Source of the DNA: Clostridia bacterium
GTDB taxonomy: Bacteria > Bacillota > Clostridia > Christensenellales > DTU072
Length of the DNA: 64,000 nucleotides
Assembly: GCA_045601385.1 (NCBI GenBank)
Contig: JAZRZM010000004.1
Span: 69,351-133,350 of the forward strand
Reading direction: 5' to 3'
Shown here: piece by piece, positions 1-8,580 of the stretch
Numbering within the stretch: position 1 is the stretch's first letter
Layout of the letters: each line of letters starts with the position of its first letter
Program-made: the position numbers and the translations under genes
Notes under the pieces: model-generated
Told to the model about the DNA's origin: nothing
Databases searched by the model: none
What the model saw: only the letters and a program-made list of their open reading frames with translations

Positions 1-1
1 T

Positions 2-637
2 GTTTCGGCGTGCGGATTGGCAAGAAAACTTTTGCACACGACTTCTCCGTGCTATATTATTACCTGCTCGGTCGAGCATGCTTTTTCGATAAGTAAAGAG
101 GAATATCACGATACGTTTACAAAGATGTTTGCCGCGGTGGAAGAGTTCCGCGATCTTTTGAAACTGCCTTTTGTTGTCGAAAACACCGATGACAAAACGC
201 GTCTTGTCGTGTCGTCGCCTTTTTCCGGATTTGCGGTCACCGCCGCATTGGAAAAAGCCGGGTTCGTCGCCGAGATGAGTTCGGAAAACAAGTCCGTCTT
301 TTTTGTGACGCCCGATAACTATCGGACCTTACCTAAACTTGCGCAAGCGTACAACGGTTTGGACACGACGTCCTTTCCCGACTATATGGCGGACAAAATA
401 TTCTTTACACCCCATGACGAAGCGGTAGAATTGACTTTCGGCGGAGAATGGGAAGAAGTGCCGCTCGAACAAGCCGAGGGCAAAAAACTGTACTACGAAG
501 TCGGTCTGTATCCCCCGGGTGTTCCGCTCGCTTATTCTCACGAAAGACTGACGAAAAAGATGATCGAACTGCTGCGAACACACCCCGACAGACGATTCGG
601 CGTGGAGAAAGGAAACGTTTACGTCTTGAAAGAATAA
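2..637 (+). CDS. PLP-dependent Orn/Lys/Arg decarboxylase-family protein, C-terminal fragment (5' end outside window)
   Basis: The frame is open from nt 2 with no upstream stop, and the track start at 17 is a TTG. The stretch YEVGLYPPGVPLAYSHERLT resembles the conserved PPGIP..GE motif of the decarboxylase C-terminal domain. A hairpin terminator follows. Confidence 0.5.
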   Translation, partial: VSACGLARKLLHTTSPCYIITCSVEHAFSISKEEYHDTFTKMFAAVEEFRDLLKLPFVVENTDDKTRLVVSSPFSGFAVTAALEKAGFVAEMSSENKSVFFVTPDNYRTLPKLAQAYNGLDTTSFPDYMADKIFFTPHDEAVELTFGGEWEEVPLEQAEGKKLYYEVGLYPPGVPLAYSHERLTKKMIELLRTHPDRRFGVEKGNVYVLKE

Positions 638-641
638 TAAA

Positions 642-674
642 AAGCGCGGCTGTTTTTAACCGCGCTTATTTATT
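642..674 (+). terminator. Rho-independent terminator
   Basis: Perfect 8-bp stem AAGCGCGG (642-649) / CCGCGCTT (660-667), followed by the T-rich ATTTATT. Confidence 0.6.
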
Positions 675-676
675 AA

Positions 677-748
677 GTGACAATGGTTCGTGCGAGAAAA
701 CTTTATAATGTTTTACCGAAATAATATTGTTATATTTTTCGTTCTACG
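677..748. repeat. Direct repeat copy A (about 72 bp)
   Basis: About 88% identical by eye to 886-959. The shared core is GGTTCGTG.GAG.AAA.TTTATA..ATGT.TTACCGAAATAATATTGTT.TATTTTTCGTTCTACG. Confidence 0.8.
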
Positions 749-885
749 GTATTTGCGATAAAACTTGTAGGGTGGATGGGATAGGGAAAAAGACGTAGAT
801 TCCTTGTTCTTCGCACGCAGTTGTACCGTCGTACTACAAGGTGCGAAAACAAGGAAAGAAAAATAAAACAAATAGATTTATCCTT

Positions 886-959
886 GTGTCAAAGGTTCGT
901 GAGAGTAAAATTTATATAATGTATTACCGAAATAATATTGTTTTATTTTTCGTTCTACG
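886..959. repeat. Direct repeat copy B (about 74 bp)
   Basis: Second copy of the 677-748 repeat. It ends 17 nt from the hisIE stop codon. Confidence 0.8.
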
Positions 960-975
960 TTTTTTTAACATCCCA

Positions 976-1632
976 TCACTTTGTCATTTTTTCTTGTTTG
1001 ACCTTCTTGTCGATAACATGCCGCGAGGCAAGTTCTTTGTGGATATCTTCCGGCGAAATATCCATGTCGATCATCAGTACCATTAAGTGATACAGCAGAT
1101 CGGAGATTTCGTAAATCGTCTCTTTTTTGTCGTCCGCTTTGCCGGCAATGACGACTTCCGTGCTTTCTTCGCCGACTTTTTTCAGGATTTTATCCCGTCC
1201 TTTTTCAAAAAGATAGGTTGTGTAGGAGCCCTCTTTTTTTTCGGTTTTTCTTCCGCGAATCAAGTCCAAAAGCATGCCGTAAGAAAACTCTTTTCGTTCG
1301 TCGCTCTCAAAAACCTCATTTGTAAAACACGAGTCGGTGCCGGTGTGGCAGGCGGGGCCGTCTTTTTCAACGACGATAACAAGCGCGTCCTTGTCGCAGT
1401 CCGCTTTTATCGACACGACGTGTTGATAGTTGCCGCTTGTCTCGCCTTTCAGCCAGAGTTGGTTACGGGAGCGGCTCCAAAAACAGGTCAGTTCTTTTTC
1501 CATCGTAATCGCCAGACTCTCTTTGTTCATGTAAGCAAGCGTCAGCACTTTTTTGGAAAAAGCGTCGACGACGATAGCCGGAATCAGCCCTTTTTCATCG
1601 AATTTTAATTCGTCGATATTCATATTTATCAT
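976..1632 (-). CDS. hisIE: Bifunctional phosphoribosyl-AMP cyclohydrolase / phosphoribosyl-ATP pyrophosphatase
   Basis: The N-terminal half has the HisI pattern (LAYMN..SL..T......FWSRSR..LW.KGETSGN, C..D....V...GPACHTG..SCF). The C-terminal half is HisE-like ([17 protein letters not shown]). It is the last gene of the his operon. Confidence 0.95.
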   Translation of the reverse strand: MINMNIDELKFDEKGLIPAIVVDAFSKKVLTLAYMNKESLAITMEKELTCFWSRSRNQLWLKGETSGNYQHVVSIKADCDKDALVIVVEKDGPACHTGTDSCFTNEVFESDERKEFSYGMLLDLIRGRKTEKKEGSYTTYLFEKGRDKILKKVGEESTEVVIAGKADDKKETIYEISDLLYHLMVLMIDMDISPEDIHKELASRHVIDKKVKQEKMTK

Positions 1633-1645
1633 AATTTATGCTCCT

Positions 1646-2404
1646 TTATATCCTTGTTTGGATACCCTTTTTTATCATTTCTCGTTTCAATTCTTCAATT
1701 TTTACTTCGCCGAAGTGGAAGATGGACGCGGCGAGCCCCGCGTCTACTTTGGGTAAGGCGGTAAAGAGGGTGATGAAGTCTTCCGTTTTGCCGGCACCGC
1801 CCGAAGCGATGACTGGGACGTCCACGACGTCGGAGACGGCTTGGAGCATTTCCAGATCGAATCCTCCTTTGACGCCGTCGGTATCGATGGAGTTGAGGAC
1901 GACTTCGCCCGCGCCGTTTGCGACGCAACGCTTAATCCATTCGATCGCTTCCAACCCGGTGTCCTCTCGGCCTCCTTTGGCAAACACGCGAAAAACGCCG
2001 TCTACCCTTTTGACGTCGGCACTGAGTACGACGCATTGATCGCCGTAGCGACGGGCGGCTTCGCTTATCAGATCGGGATTCTTTATCGCGCCCGAATTGA
2101 CGCTGACTTTATCCGCACCGCATTTTAACACCCGATCGAAGTCGTCGAGCGTGTTGATGCCGCCGCCGACCGTCAGTGGAATGAATACTTTTTTTGCCGT
2201 TTCACACAGAATGTCGGTAAATATTTTTCTGCCGTCGCTTGACGCGGTTATGTCATAAAAGACGAGTTCGTCCGCGCCGCTTTGGCTGTAATATTCGGCA
2301 AGTTCGACAGGCGACGAAACGTCGCGCAGACCTTGAAAATTGACGCCCTTGACGACTTTTCCGTCTTTTACGTCCAAGCAGGGAATAATTCTTTTCGTAA
2401 TCAT
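1646..2404 (-). CDS. hisF: Imidazole glycerol phosphate synthase, cyclase subunit
   Basis: MITKRIIPCLDVKDGKVVKGVNF...GADELVFYDITAS...PLTVGGGI: canonical HisF motifs. It has an ATGA overlap with the hisA stop. Confidence 0.97.
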   Translation of the reverse strand: MITKRIIPCLDVKDGKVVKGVNFQGLRDVSSPVELAEYYSQSGADELVFYDITASSDGRKIFTDILCETAKKVFIPLTVGGGINTLDDFDRVLKCGADKVSVNSGAIKNPDLISEAARRYGDQCVVLSADVKRVDGVFRVFAKGGREDTGLEAIEWIKRCVANGAGEVVLNSIDTDGVKGGFDLEMLQAVSDVVDVPVIASGGAGKTEDFITLFTALPKVDAGLAASIFHFGEVKIEELKREMIKKGIQTRI

Positions 2405-3114
2405 TTTGTTGCCTCGATTGCTTCGCTGAGAGAAACCGCGCCCGAATAATAGGCTTTGCCGACGATAGCACCGTACACGCCGCTTTCTTTTAAGGCAATC
2501 AGGTCTTTCAGGTCGGATACGCCGCCCGAAGCGATAACGTTCATTTTTACGTTTTGCAGGAGGGTTTTATACAGATTGACATTCGGACCTTTCATTGCGC
2601 CGTCTTTACTTATATCGGTGCAAATGACGGTGGATACGCCCATTTGTTCGAGTTCTTTGCAGAACGAAACGGCTGTAAAATCCGAGTTTTCCGTCCAACC
2701 TTTTATGGCGACGAACCCGTCTTTTATATCTACGCCGACAGCAATTTTCTCTCCGTATAAACGCAGGGCTTCTTCTAAAAAAACGCGGTCGGTCACTGCC
2801 GCCGTACCGATGATAACGCGCGACGCACCCGCTTCTTCAATATACTTTTTTACGGTGTCGAGATTTCTCACGCCGCCGCCGACCTCGGTATATGGTTCGA
2901 CGGCGATCAGAGAACGGATTATGTCGAAGTTCGGGGTGTTGCCGTCCCTTGCTCCTTCCAGATCGACCACGTGCATTTGCTTTGCACCCTGTTTGAAAAA
3001 GTCGCGGGCGATTTCGACGGGGTTATCCGAATAAACGGTCATTTGTTTGTAGTCGCCTTTGTACAGGCGAACGGCTTTCTTGTCGAAAATGTCAATGGCG
3101 GGAAAGATTTTCAT
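2401..3114 (-). CDS. hisA: ProFAR isomerase (HisA)
   Basis: MKIFPAIDI..KKAVRL.KGDY...VVDLEGA: HisA family. I place the start at ATG 3114 (ATGA overlap with the hisH stop, GAGGAG RBS) rather than the track's TTG at 3129. Confidence 0.93.
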   Translation of the reverse strand: MKIFPAIDIFDKKAVRLYKGDYKQMTVYSDNPVEIARDFFKQGAKQMHVVDLEGARDGNTPNFDIIRSLIAVEPYTEVGGGVRNLDTVKKYIEEAGASRVIIGTAAVTDRVFLEEALRLYGEKIAVGVDIKDGFVAIKGWTENSDFTAVSFCKELEQMGVSTVICTDISKDGAMKGPNVNLYKTLLQNVKMNVIASGGVSDLKDLIALKESGVYGAIVGKAYYSGAVSLSEAIEATK

Positions 3115-3725
3115 AGTGTCTCCTCGCAAAATGCTTTCAGTATTTTCAAACCCGTTTCACCGCTTTTTTCGGGGTGAAACTGGCAGCCGTAAATGTTTCC
3201 GCAGGCGACGGCGGCGGTGATTTCCGCGCCGTATTCGGTGGACGCGACAAGACTGTCCGAGCAATTTTTGGCATAATAAGAATGCACAAAATAGACGTGT
3301 TCTCCCTCTTTCACATAGCGGAAGAGAGGATTTTCGCGGACAAAGTGCAGACTGTTCCAGCCCATGTGCGGCACTTTCAGTTCGTCGGGTATGTCGCTTT
3401 TTATCGGGCAGATTTCGCCGCGCAGCAGCCCGAGTCCGTCGCATACGCCGTATTCATGACTTTTTTCAAAAAGAAGTTGCATACCCAAACAAATCCCGAG
3501 AAGCGGTTTGCCTGCTTTTGCAAGGGCTTTGACGGTTTCGTCCAAACCGGTTGAACGCAATTTTGCCATCGCGTCGGCAAAAGCGCCTACGCCCGGCAAA
3601 ACGATTTTGTCTGCCTGCGAGAGTATTTTCGGATCCGCAGTTACGACGACTTCTTGCCCAAGCGTTGCGAATGAACTTTTCAGCGAAAACAGATTTCCGA
3701 CTCCGTAATCAACGATGGCTATCAT
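3111..3725 (-). CDS. hisH: Imidazole glycerol phosphate synthase, glutamine amidotransferase subunit
   Basis: MIAIVDYGVGNLFS...LPGVGAF...GICLGMQLL...HSY...QFHPEKS: class I GATase triad context typical of HisH. Confidence 0.96.
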   Translation of the reverse strand: MIAIVDYGVGNLFSLKSSFATLGQEVVVTADPKILSQADKIVLPGVGAFADAMAKLRSTGLDETVKALAKAGKPLLGICLGMQLLFEKSHEYGVCDGLGLLRGEICPIKSDIPDELKVPHMGWNSLHFVRENPLFRYVKEGEHVYFVHSYYAKNCSDSLVASTEYGAEITAAVACGNIYGCQFHPEKSGETGLKILKAFCEETL

Positions 3726-3728
3726 TTT

Positions 3729-4316
3729 TTATAAAACTCCTTTCGTAGACGGAATCTCGGCGGCAAATTTTTCGTCGATGGAGACGGCTTGTCTCAAAGC
3801 GCGTCCCGCCGCCTTAAAAACGCCCTCGATAATATGGTGCGTGTTTTTGCCGGTAAGCAGTCTCAAATGCAGTGCGCACTGCGCCTTGCGGATGAAGCCG
3901 AGCCAAAATTCTTCGACCAATTCGGTGTCGAAATCCCCCACTTTTTCGGTCGGCAGGTTTACGGAAAAATCGAGAAAAGCACGCCCCGAAAAATCGACCG
4001 AGGCGAGGACGAGCGTTTCGTCCATCGGCAGAAATATGTCTCCGTATCGCCGTATGCCTTTTTTGTCGCCGAGCGCTTCAAAAAAAGCCTCTCCGAGAGC
4101 GATCCCTATATCTTCGGTCGTGTGATGATAGTCTACGTCGGTGTCGCCGACGCACTTGACGGCAAGGTCAAAACGTCCGTGCGAGGCAAAAAGCGTCAGC
4201 ATGTGATTGAGGAAGCCGCACCCGGTGTCGACGTCGCTTTTCCCCGTTCCGTCCGGGCAAAACGAAAGGGCGATGTCCGTTTCGGCGGTTTTTCTTATAA
4301 TCGTACTTTCTCTCAT
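3729..4316 (-). CDS. hisB: Imidazoleglycerol-phosphate dehydratase (monofunctional)
   Basis: RKT.ETDI...GTG..D..TG.GFLNHML..F..HG.FDL...GD..VD.HHT.ED.GI.LG: IGPD motifs. At 195 aa it carries no fused phosphatase domain. Confidence 0.95.
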   Translation of the reverse strand: MRESTIIRKTAETDIALSFCPDGTGKSDVDTGCGFLNHMLTLFASHGRFDLAVKCVGDTDVDYHHTTEDIGIALGEAFFEALGDKKGIRRYGDIFLPMDETLVLASVDFSGRAFLDFSVNLPTEKVGDFDTELVEEFWLGFIRKAQCALHLRLLTGKNTHHIIEGVFKAAGRALRQAVSIDEKFAAEIPSTKGVL

Positions 4317-5365
4317 AGCAGTTTTTCCACCTTTTCCAAAAAGATTTTCATTTCGTCTTCACTGCCGATTGTTACGCGGTTATAGTCGCGTATTTTTTCT
4401 TTTGAAAAGTGGCGGACAAGTACGCCTTCGTTTTTCAACGCAAGGTACAGTTCTTCTCCGCCGATTTTTTCGTGCTTGATAAAAAGGAAATTGGCTTTCG
4501 AGTCGGTCACGCAAAAACCCATAGCGACAAGCGCCGAACGGACGTATTCCCGTACGCGTATAATTTCGGCGTTGTTCTTTCGGAAATACTCTTCGTCGCA
4601 AAGGGCTCCCACGCCGGCTGCCGCCGTCATACGGTTGACGTTGTACGGGTTCGTCGAATACTTGATTCTGATAAGATCGGCGATTATTTCTTCGCTCCCG
4701 ACGCCGACGCCCAGCCTTGCTCCGGCAAGAGAACGGGACTTGGAAAATGTCTGCGTAACGAGCAAATTGTCATATTTTTCGAGGAGCCGAATCGCGCTTT
4801 CCGCGCCGAAATCGACGTATGCTTCATCAACGACGATAACATTGTTTGGGTTGCTTTGAACGATCGTTTCGATATCCGAAAGAGACAAAGCGATTCCTGT
4901 CGGTGCATTCGGGTTAGCGATAAAAATCGTTTTATTTATGCTTTTATAATCGTTTATATCGATCGAAAAATCGTCTTTCAGCGGAATTTCCGTATACGGA
5001 ATGCGGTTGAGCCGTGCAAAAACGGGATAAAAACCGTAGGTAATATCGGGGAATACGGCGGGCGATTTTTCGTCGCAAAAAGCCATAAACGAAAAGTTCA
5101 GAATTTCGTCCGAACCGTTGGTGAAGAGAAGGTTGTTTTTGTTCACGCCGTATTTTGAGGCGGCGACGGCGACAAGGTCGCGGCACTCGGGATCGGAATA
5201 AAGATTCAGATCGCCCGCCGCTTCGCGCGCAAGTCTCTGCGCGTACGGGGACGGCGGAAAGGGCGATTCGTTTGTGTTGAGTTTGATATATTTACGTTCT
5301 TTCGGTTGTTCGCCGGGGACGTACGGATCGAGGAATGAAAACTTTGGACTGAAAAATTTACTCAT
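4313..5365 (-). CDS. hisC: Histidinol-phosphate aminotransferase
   Basis: Class II aminotransferase pattern (LNTNESP.PPSP, TFSKS.SLAGARLG). The start is set at ATG 5365 (MSKFF), which overlaps the hisD stop as ATGAGTAA. The track's upstream extension lies inside hisD. Confidence 0.92.
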   Translation of the reverse strand: MSKFFSPKFSFLDPYVPGEQPKERKYIKLNTNESPFPPSPYAQRLAREAAGDLNLYSDPECRDLVAVAASKYGVNKNNLLFTNGSDEILNFSFMAFCDEKSPAVFPDITYGFYPVFARLNRIPYTEIPLKDDFSIDINDYKSINKTIFIANPNAPTGIALSLSDIETIVQSNPNNVIVVDEAYVDFGAESAIRLLEKYDNLLVTQTFSKSRSLAGARLGVGVGSEEIIADLIRIKYSTNPYNVNRMTAAAGVGALCDEEYFRKNNAEIIRVREYVRSALVAMGFCVTDSKANFLFIKHEKIGGEELYLALKNEGVLVRHFSKEKIRDYNRVTIGSEDEMKIFLEKVEKLL

Positions 5366-6638
5366 TGTCGTCCTCCAAGCGGACCAACGCGCTTTTTGCG
5401 TGCGCGCCCAAGCCTTCTTTTTCGGCAAACAGCGCTACGCTTTGGGCGACCTTTTTGATTGCCGTTTCGTCATAATAAATGTATTGTGTTTTTTTGATAA
5501 AGTCGTCCACCGAAAGAGGACTGGAAAACTTTGCCGTTCCGCTTGTCGGTAAGGTGTGATTCGTTCCGGCAAGATAGTCGCCGAGGGCTTCGGGACAGTT
5601 TTTGCCCAAGAACACCGATCCGGCATTCAAAATCCGCGGCAAATATTTTTTCGGATCGTCCGTCATGATTTCCAGATGTTCGGGCGCAATCTCGTTGGCG
5701 ATGTCGATGACTTCGTCGAGATTTTGCGCGACGATTATTTTTCCGTTTCCGTCGATAGACGCGCGCGCGATATCCTTTCTGACCAGGAGCGGAATTTGCT
5801 TTTCGAGTTCGGCCTGTACCTTTTCGGCAAGTTCGGGACTGTCGGTGACGAGCACGGCGCTTGCCATTCTGTCGTGTTCGGCTTGCGACAAAAGATCGGC
5901 GGCAATGTGCCTCGGGTTGTTGTTCTTGTCGGCGATAATCATGATTTCGCTCGGCCCGGCGATCATGTCGATCGAGACTTTTCCGAAAACCTGACGCTTC
6001 GCCTCGGCGACAAAGGCGTTGCCCGGTCCGACGATTTTATCGACTTTTCCCACGCTTTCGGTGCCGTACGTCAAAGCGGCGACGGCTTGCGCACCGCCCA
6101 TTTTATAAATCTTGTTTACCCCGGCAAGTTGTGCCGCGACAAGAACGTTCGGATTGATTTTGCCTTCCCGATTCGGGGGCGTGGCGATGACGATTTCGTG
6201 ACAGCCGGCTATCTTTGCCGGAATCGCGTTCATAAGAACCGTCGACGGATACGCCGCCGTTCCGCCGGGGACGTAGAGCGCGACTTTGGCGATCGGGGTT
6301 ATTTTTTGCCCGAGTAGGGTACCCGAACCGCTTATTTCAAAACCGCTTCGCGCTTGTTTCGAGTGGAATTCGGTTATGTTTTTCGCCGCTGTTTTTAAGA
6401 CGGAGACAAACTTTTCGTCTACGAGCGCCCGCGCTTCGGCAAGTTCGTCCCCGCTGACGATCACGGATGTCAGGTCGGCGTGATCGAACCTCTTTGCATA
6501 GTCGAAAAGGGCTTCGTCGCCGCGTTTTATTACGTCGTCGATGATGTCGCACACGGCGTCTTCCACCGTGCAGGTCGTTTCGGCACGGGCAAAAATCTCT
6601 TCTTTCGGTACCGATTTGCTGTTCAGTATTCTGATCAT
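5358..6638 (-). CDS. hisD: Histidinol dehydrogenase
   Basis: 426 aa with the ...YVPGGTAAYPSTVLM..IPAK.AG...GPGN.FV..AK...IDM.AGPSE...QAEHD... hallmarks. It has an ATGA overlap with the hisZG stop. Confidence 0.96.
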   Translation of the reverse strand: MIRILNSKSVPKEEIFARAETTCTVEDAVCDIIDDVIKRGDEALFDYAKRFDHADLTSVIVSGDELAEARALVDEKFVSVLKTAAKNITEFHSKQARSGFEISGSGTLLGQKITPIAKVALYVPGGTAAYPSTVLMNAIPAKIAGCHEIVIATPPNREGKINPNVLVAAQLAGVNKIYKMGGAQAVAALTYGTESVGKVDKIVGPGNAFVAEAKRQVFGKVSIDMIAGPSEIMIIADKNNNPRHIAADLLSQAEHDRMASAVLVTDSPELAEKVQAELEKQIPLLVRKDIARASIDGNGKIIVAQNLDEVIDIANEIAPEHLEIMTDDPKKYLPRILNAGSVFLGKNCPEALGDYLAGTNHTLPTSGTAKFSSPLSVDDFIKKTQYIYYDETAIKKVAQSVALFAEKEGLGAHAKSALVRLEDDNE

Positions 6639-8179
6639 TTTTCTCCCTGTAACAGCGCGGATATTTTTTCCGCAATGTTCTCTATTTGTTTTTCTTTGAA
6701 TTTGCTTGCCGACTTATTGGCGACCAGTCTCGCGCTGATAGGCACGATGACTTCTTTGATTTCGAGATCGTTTTCTTTCAGCGTCGTGCCCGTTTCCACG
6801 ATGTCCACAATGACGTCGGACAGTCCCAGAATAGGGGCGATTTCGATAGAGCCGTTCAGGTGGATAATATCGATGTCGCGCCCTTTCGAGCGGTAATAGT
6901 CGGTAGCGATCGAAGCGAATTTCGTCGCCACGCGTAAGGTCTTTTTGCCGTCGTCGGAAAATGTTTTCGGCCCGGCGACCGCCATGCGACATTTGCCCAT
7001 ACCAAGATCGGCAAGTTCGCATACGTCCGGTTTGTATTCCAAAAGAATGTCTTTGCCGGCGACTCCGATATCCGCCGCGCCGCGTTCGACATAAATGGCG
7101 ACGTCGCTCGGTTTTACCCAAAAGTAGCGCACTTTTTTTTCGGCGTTTTCAAAGATCAATTTCCGACTGCCGCTGTCGAGAATGCCGTCGCAGGGGAAAC
7201 CCGCTTTTTCAAAAATAGCGTATACCTTTTCGCCGAGTCGCCCTTTCGGCAGGGCGATATTGACGAATTCTTCCTTTTCGTTCTCGCCGCTTTCTTCGAT
7301 CCGTTCGAGTTCGTCGGTGTAGACGGCAAACCCGATCGCTTTTGACTTGTGCCCGAGTTTTTGCATCAGCCGGTCGTATTGTCCGCCCGACAATACGGCG
7401 TTCGGCAGACCGCGGACAAAGCCTTTGAAGAGGATGCCGTTATAATAATTGACGTCGCCGAGAACGGAAAAATCGATATAGATAAGATCCTTGACCTCTT
7501 CCGGAAGAGCGGAAAGAATGTCGATAAAATCACTTGTTTGGGCTCCCATTCTTTTCAAAGCGGGCAGCACTTCGGCCATTTTTCCGTGCGCCGCAAGCAA
7601 GGACGTCAAAGACGAGAAATCGAGGGAAGGAAAAAGCGAAGCAAGATCGTGCATATTTTTTGCCGATATGGACTTGTATACCGCGGCGCGCTTTTCCGTC
7701 GGGCATTTTGCCGCGTCCAGAGCGTATTCGATGACGTCGTGGCTCGATACCGCCAAAGTGACGTCGGGCGATATGGCGAGCAGACTTTTTGCGGCGAGGG
7801 TTATTACTTCGCATACGTTTTCTTTTTGCACGTTGCCGAAGCACTCCAATCCCGTCTGCATGATTTCCTGATAGGCGTTTGTCCCTTTGGATACGCGATA
7901 TACGTTCTCGCCGTACCATACCTTTTGCGTAACTTCGGGCAGATCCTTGCTGTTTTTAATAATGGATAAAGTAACGTCCGGCTTTAACGCCATCAGTTTT
8001 CCCGTGGTGTCGGTAAAGGTAATCACATTGTCGGAGACAAGAAAATTTTTATTGGAAGCGTACAAATCGTACTCTTCGAACTTGCTCATACGGTACGGCT
8101 TGTACCCGTACGCGGAGTACAGTTCGCGCAGGCCGAAAATGACCTTTTCGCTTTTGGAAAAAACGTTTTCGTTAATCAT
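6635..8179 (-). CDS. hisZG: Fused ATP phosphoribosyltransferase regulatory subunit (HisZ-like, N-terminal about 300 aa) and short-form catalytic HisG (C-terminal about 210 aa)
   Basis: The N-terminal part is HisRS-paralogue-like (LRELYSAYGYKPYRMSKFEEYDLY, ALKPDVT, YYNGILFKGF, SGGQYDRL, AIGFAV). The C-terminal part is HisG-short-like (IALPKGRL, YFWVKPSDV..YVERGAADIGV.GKD, IVETGTTLKEN). Both lie in a single uninterrupted ORF. Confidence 0.85.
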   Translation of the reverse strand: MINENVFSKSEKVIFGLRELYSAYGYKPYRMSKFEEYDLYASNKNFLVSDNVITFTDTTGKLMALKPDVTLSIIKNSKDLPEVTQKVWYGENVYRVSKGTNAYQEIMQTGLECFGNVQKENVCEVITLAAKSLLAISPDVTLAVSSHDVIEYALDAAKCPTEKRAAVYKSISAKNMHDLASLFPSLDFSSLTSLLAAHGKMAEVLPALKRMGAQTSDFIDILSALPEEVKDLIYIDFSVLGDVNYYNGILFKGFVRGLPNAVLSGGQYDRLMQKLGHKSKAIGFAVYTDELERIEESGENEKEEFVNIALPKGRLGEKVYAIFEKAGFPCDGILDSGSRKLIFENAEKKVRYFWVKPSDVAIYVERGAADIGVAGKDILLEYKPDVCELADLGMGKCRMAVAGPKTFSDDGKKTLRVATKFASIATDYYRSKGRDIDIIHLNGSIEIAPILGLSDVIVDIVETGTTLKENDLEIKEVIVPISARLVANKSASKFKEKQIENIAEKISALLQGEK

Positions 8180-8469
8180 TTTTTCGTCTCCTTGGCGTCG
8201 TCGATCGCTTTCCGATAGCCGCCGCTTCCGTAGTTGAGACAGTGATTTACGCGGCTGATCGTCGCCGAACTTGTGCCGACTTTTTCCGAAATCGCCTGAT
8301 AACTTTCTCCTTTGTCCAAAAGAATCGCCGTATAAAACCGCTGCGCCATATCCTGTATTTCTTTAATGGTGCATAAGTCTTCGAAAAAATCGTAGCACTC
8401 TTCGACCGATTCCAGTTTTGCAATCGCTTCGAACAGCCTGTCCATATTTTCGTTCCTATATTTTTGCAT
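8176..8469 (-). CDS. TrpR-like YerC/YecD-family DNA-binding protein, first cistron of the his operon
   Basis: 97 aa. MDRLFEAI..L....ECY.FFEDLCTI.E...MAQRF.....L..G.SY..I....G.S.ATISRV......G.GGY matches the YerC/YecD (TrpR-like) family. Its TGA overlaps the hisZG ATG as ATGA. Confidence 0.8.
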   Translation of the reverse strand: MQKYRNENMDRLFEAIAKLESVEECYDFFEDLCTIKEIQDMAQRFYTAILLDKGESYQAISEKVGTSSATISRVNHCLNYGSGGYRKAIDDAKETKK

Positions 8470-8498
8470 GATTTACCCCCTTGTCGGATTCCTTTTAC

Positions 8499-8527
8499 AG
8501 TTTAGCACTTTAATTTGATAAAGTCAA
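8499..8527 (-). promoter_or_regulatory. Sigma-A-type promoter of the yerC-like/his operon
   Basis: On the minus strand: TTGACT (8527-8522), 17-nt spacer, TGcTAAACT extended -10 (hexamer at 8504-8499). A GGGGG RBS lies upstream of ATG 8469. Confidence 0.6.
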
Positions 8528-8580
8528 ACGAATTTTTCAAGGGTAACAAAAATTTCGTTGCGAAAAATTTTTCAAAAACT

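Noticed and set aside
677-920. TATAAT-like hexamers inside the two 72-bp direct repeats (704-709 and 915-920) as promoters for a small RNA.
   Set aside because: Candidate -35 elements (GTGACA at 677-682, TTGTGT at 884-889) are 21-25 nt away, outside the functional spacing. The promoter interpretation is therefore not supported from sequence alone.
8502-8510. TTAGCACTT resembling a CIRCE half-site in the his promoter region.
   Set aside because: No matching GAGTGCTAA half lies 9 nt downstream. The sequence overlaps the extended -10 element (TGcTAAACT) on the opposite strand, so the resemblance is coincidental.
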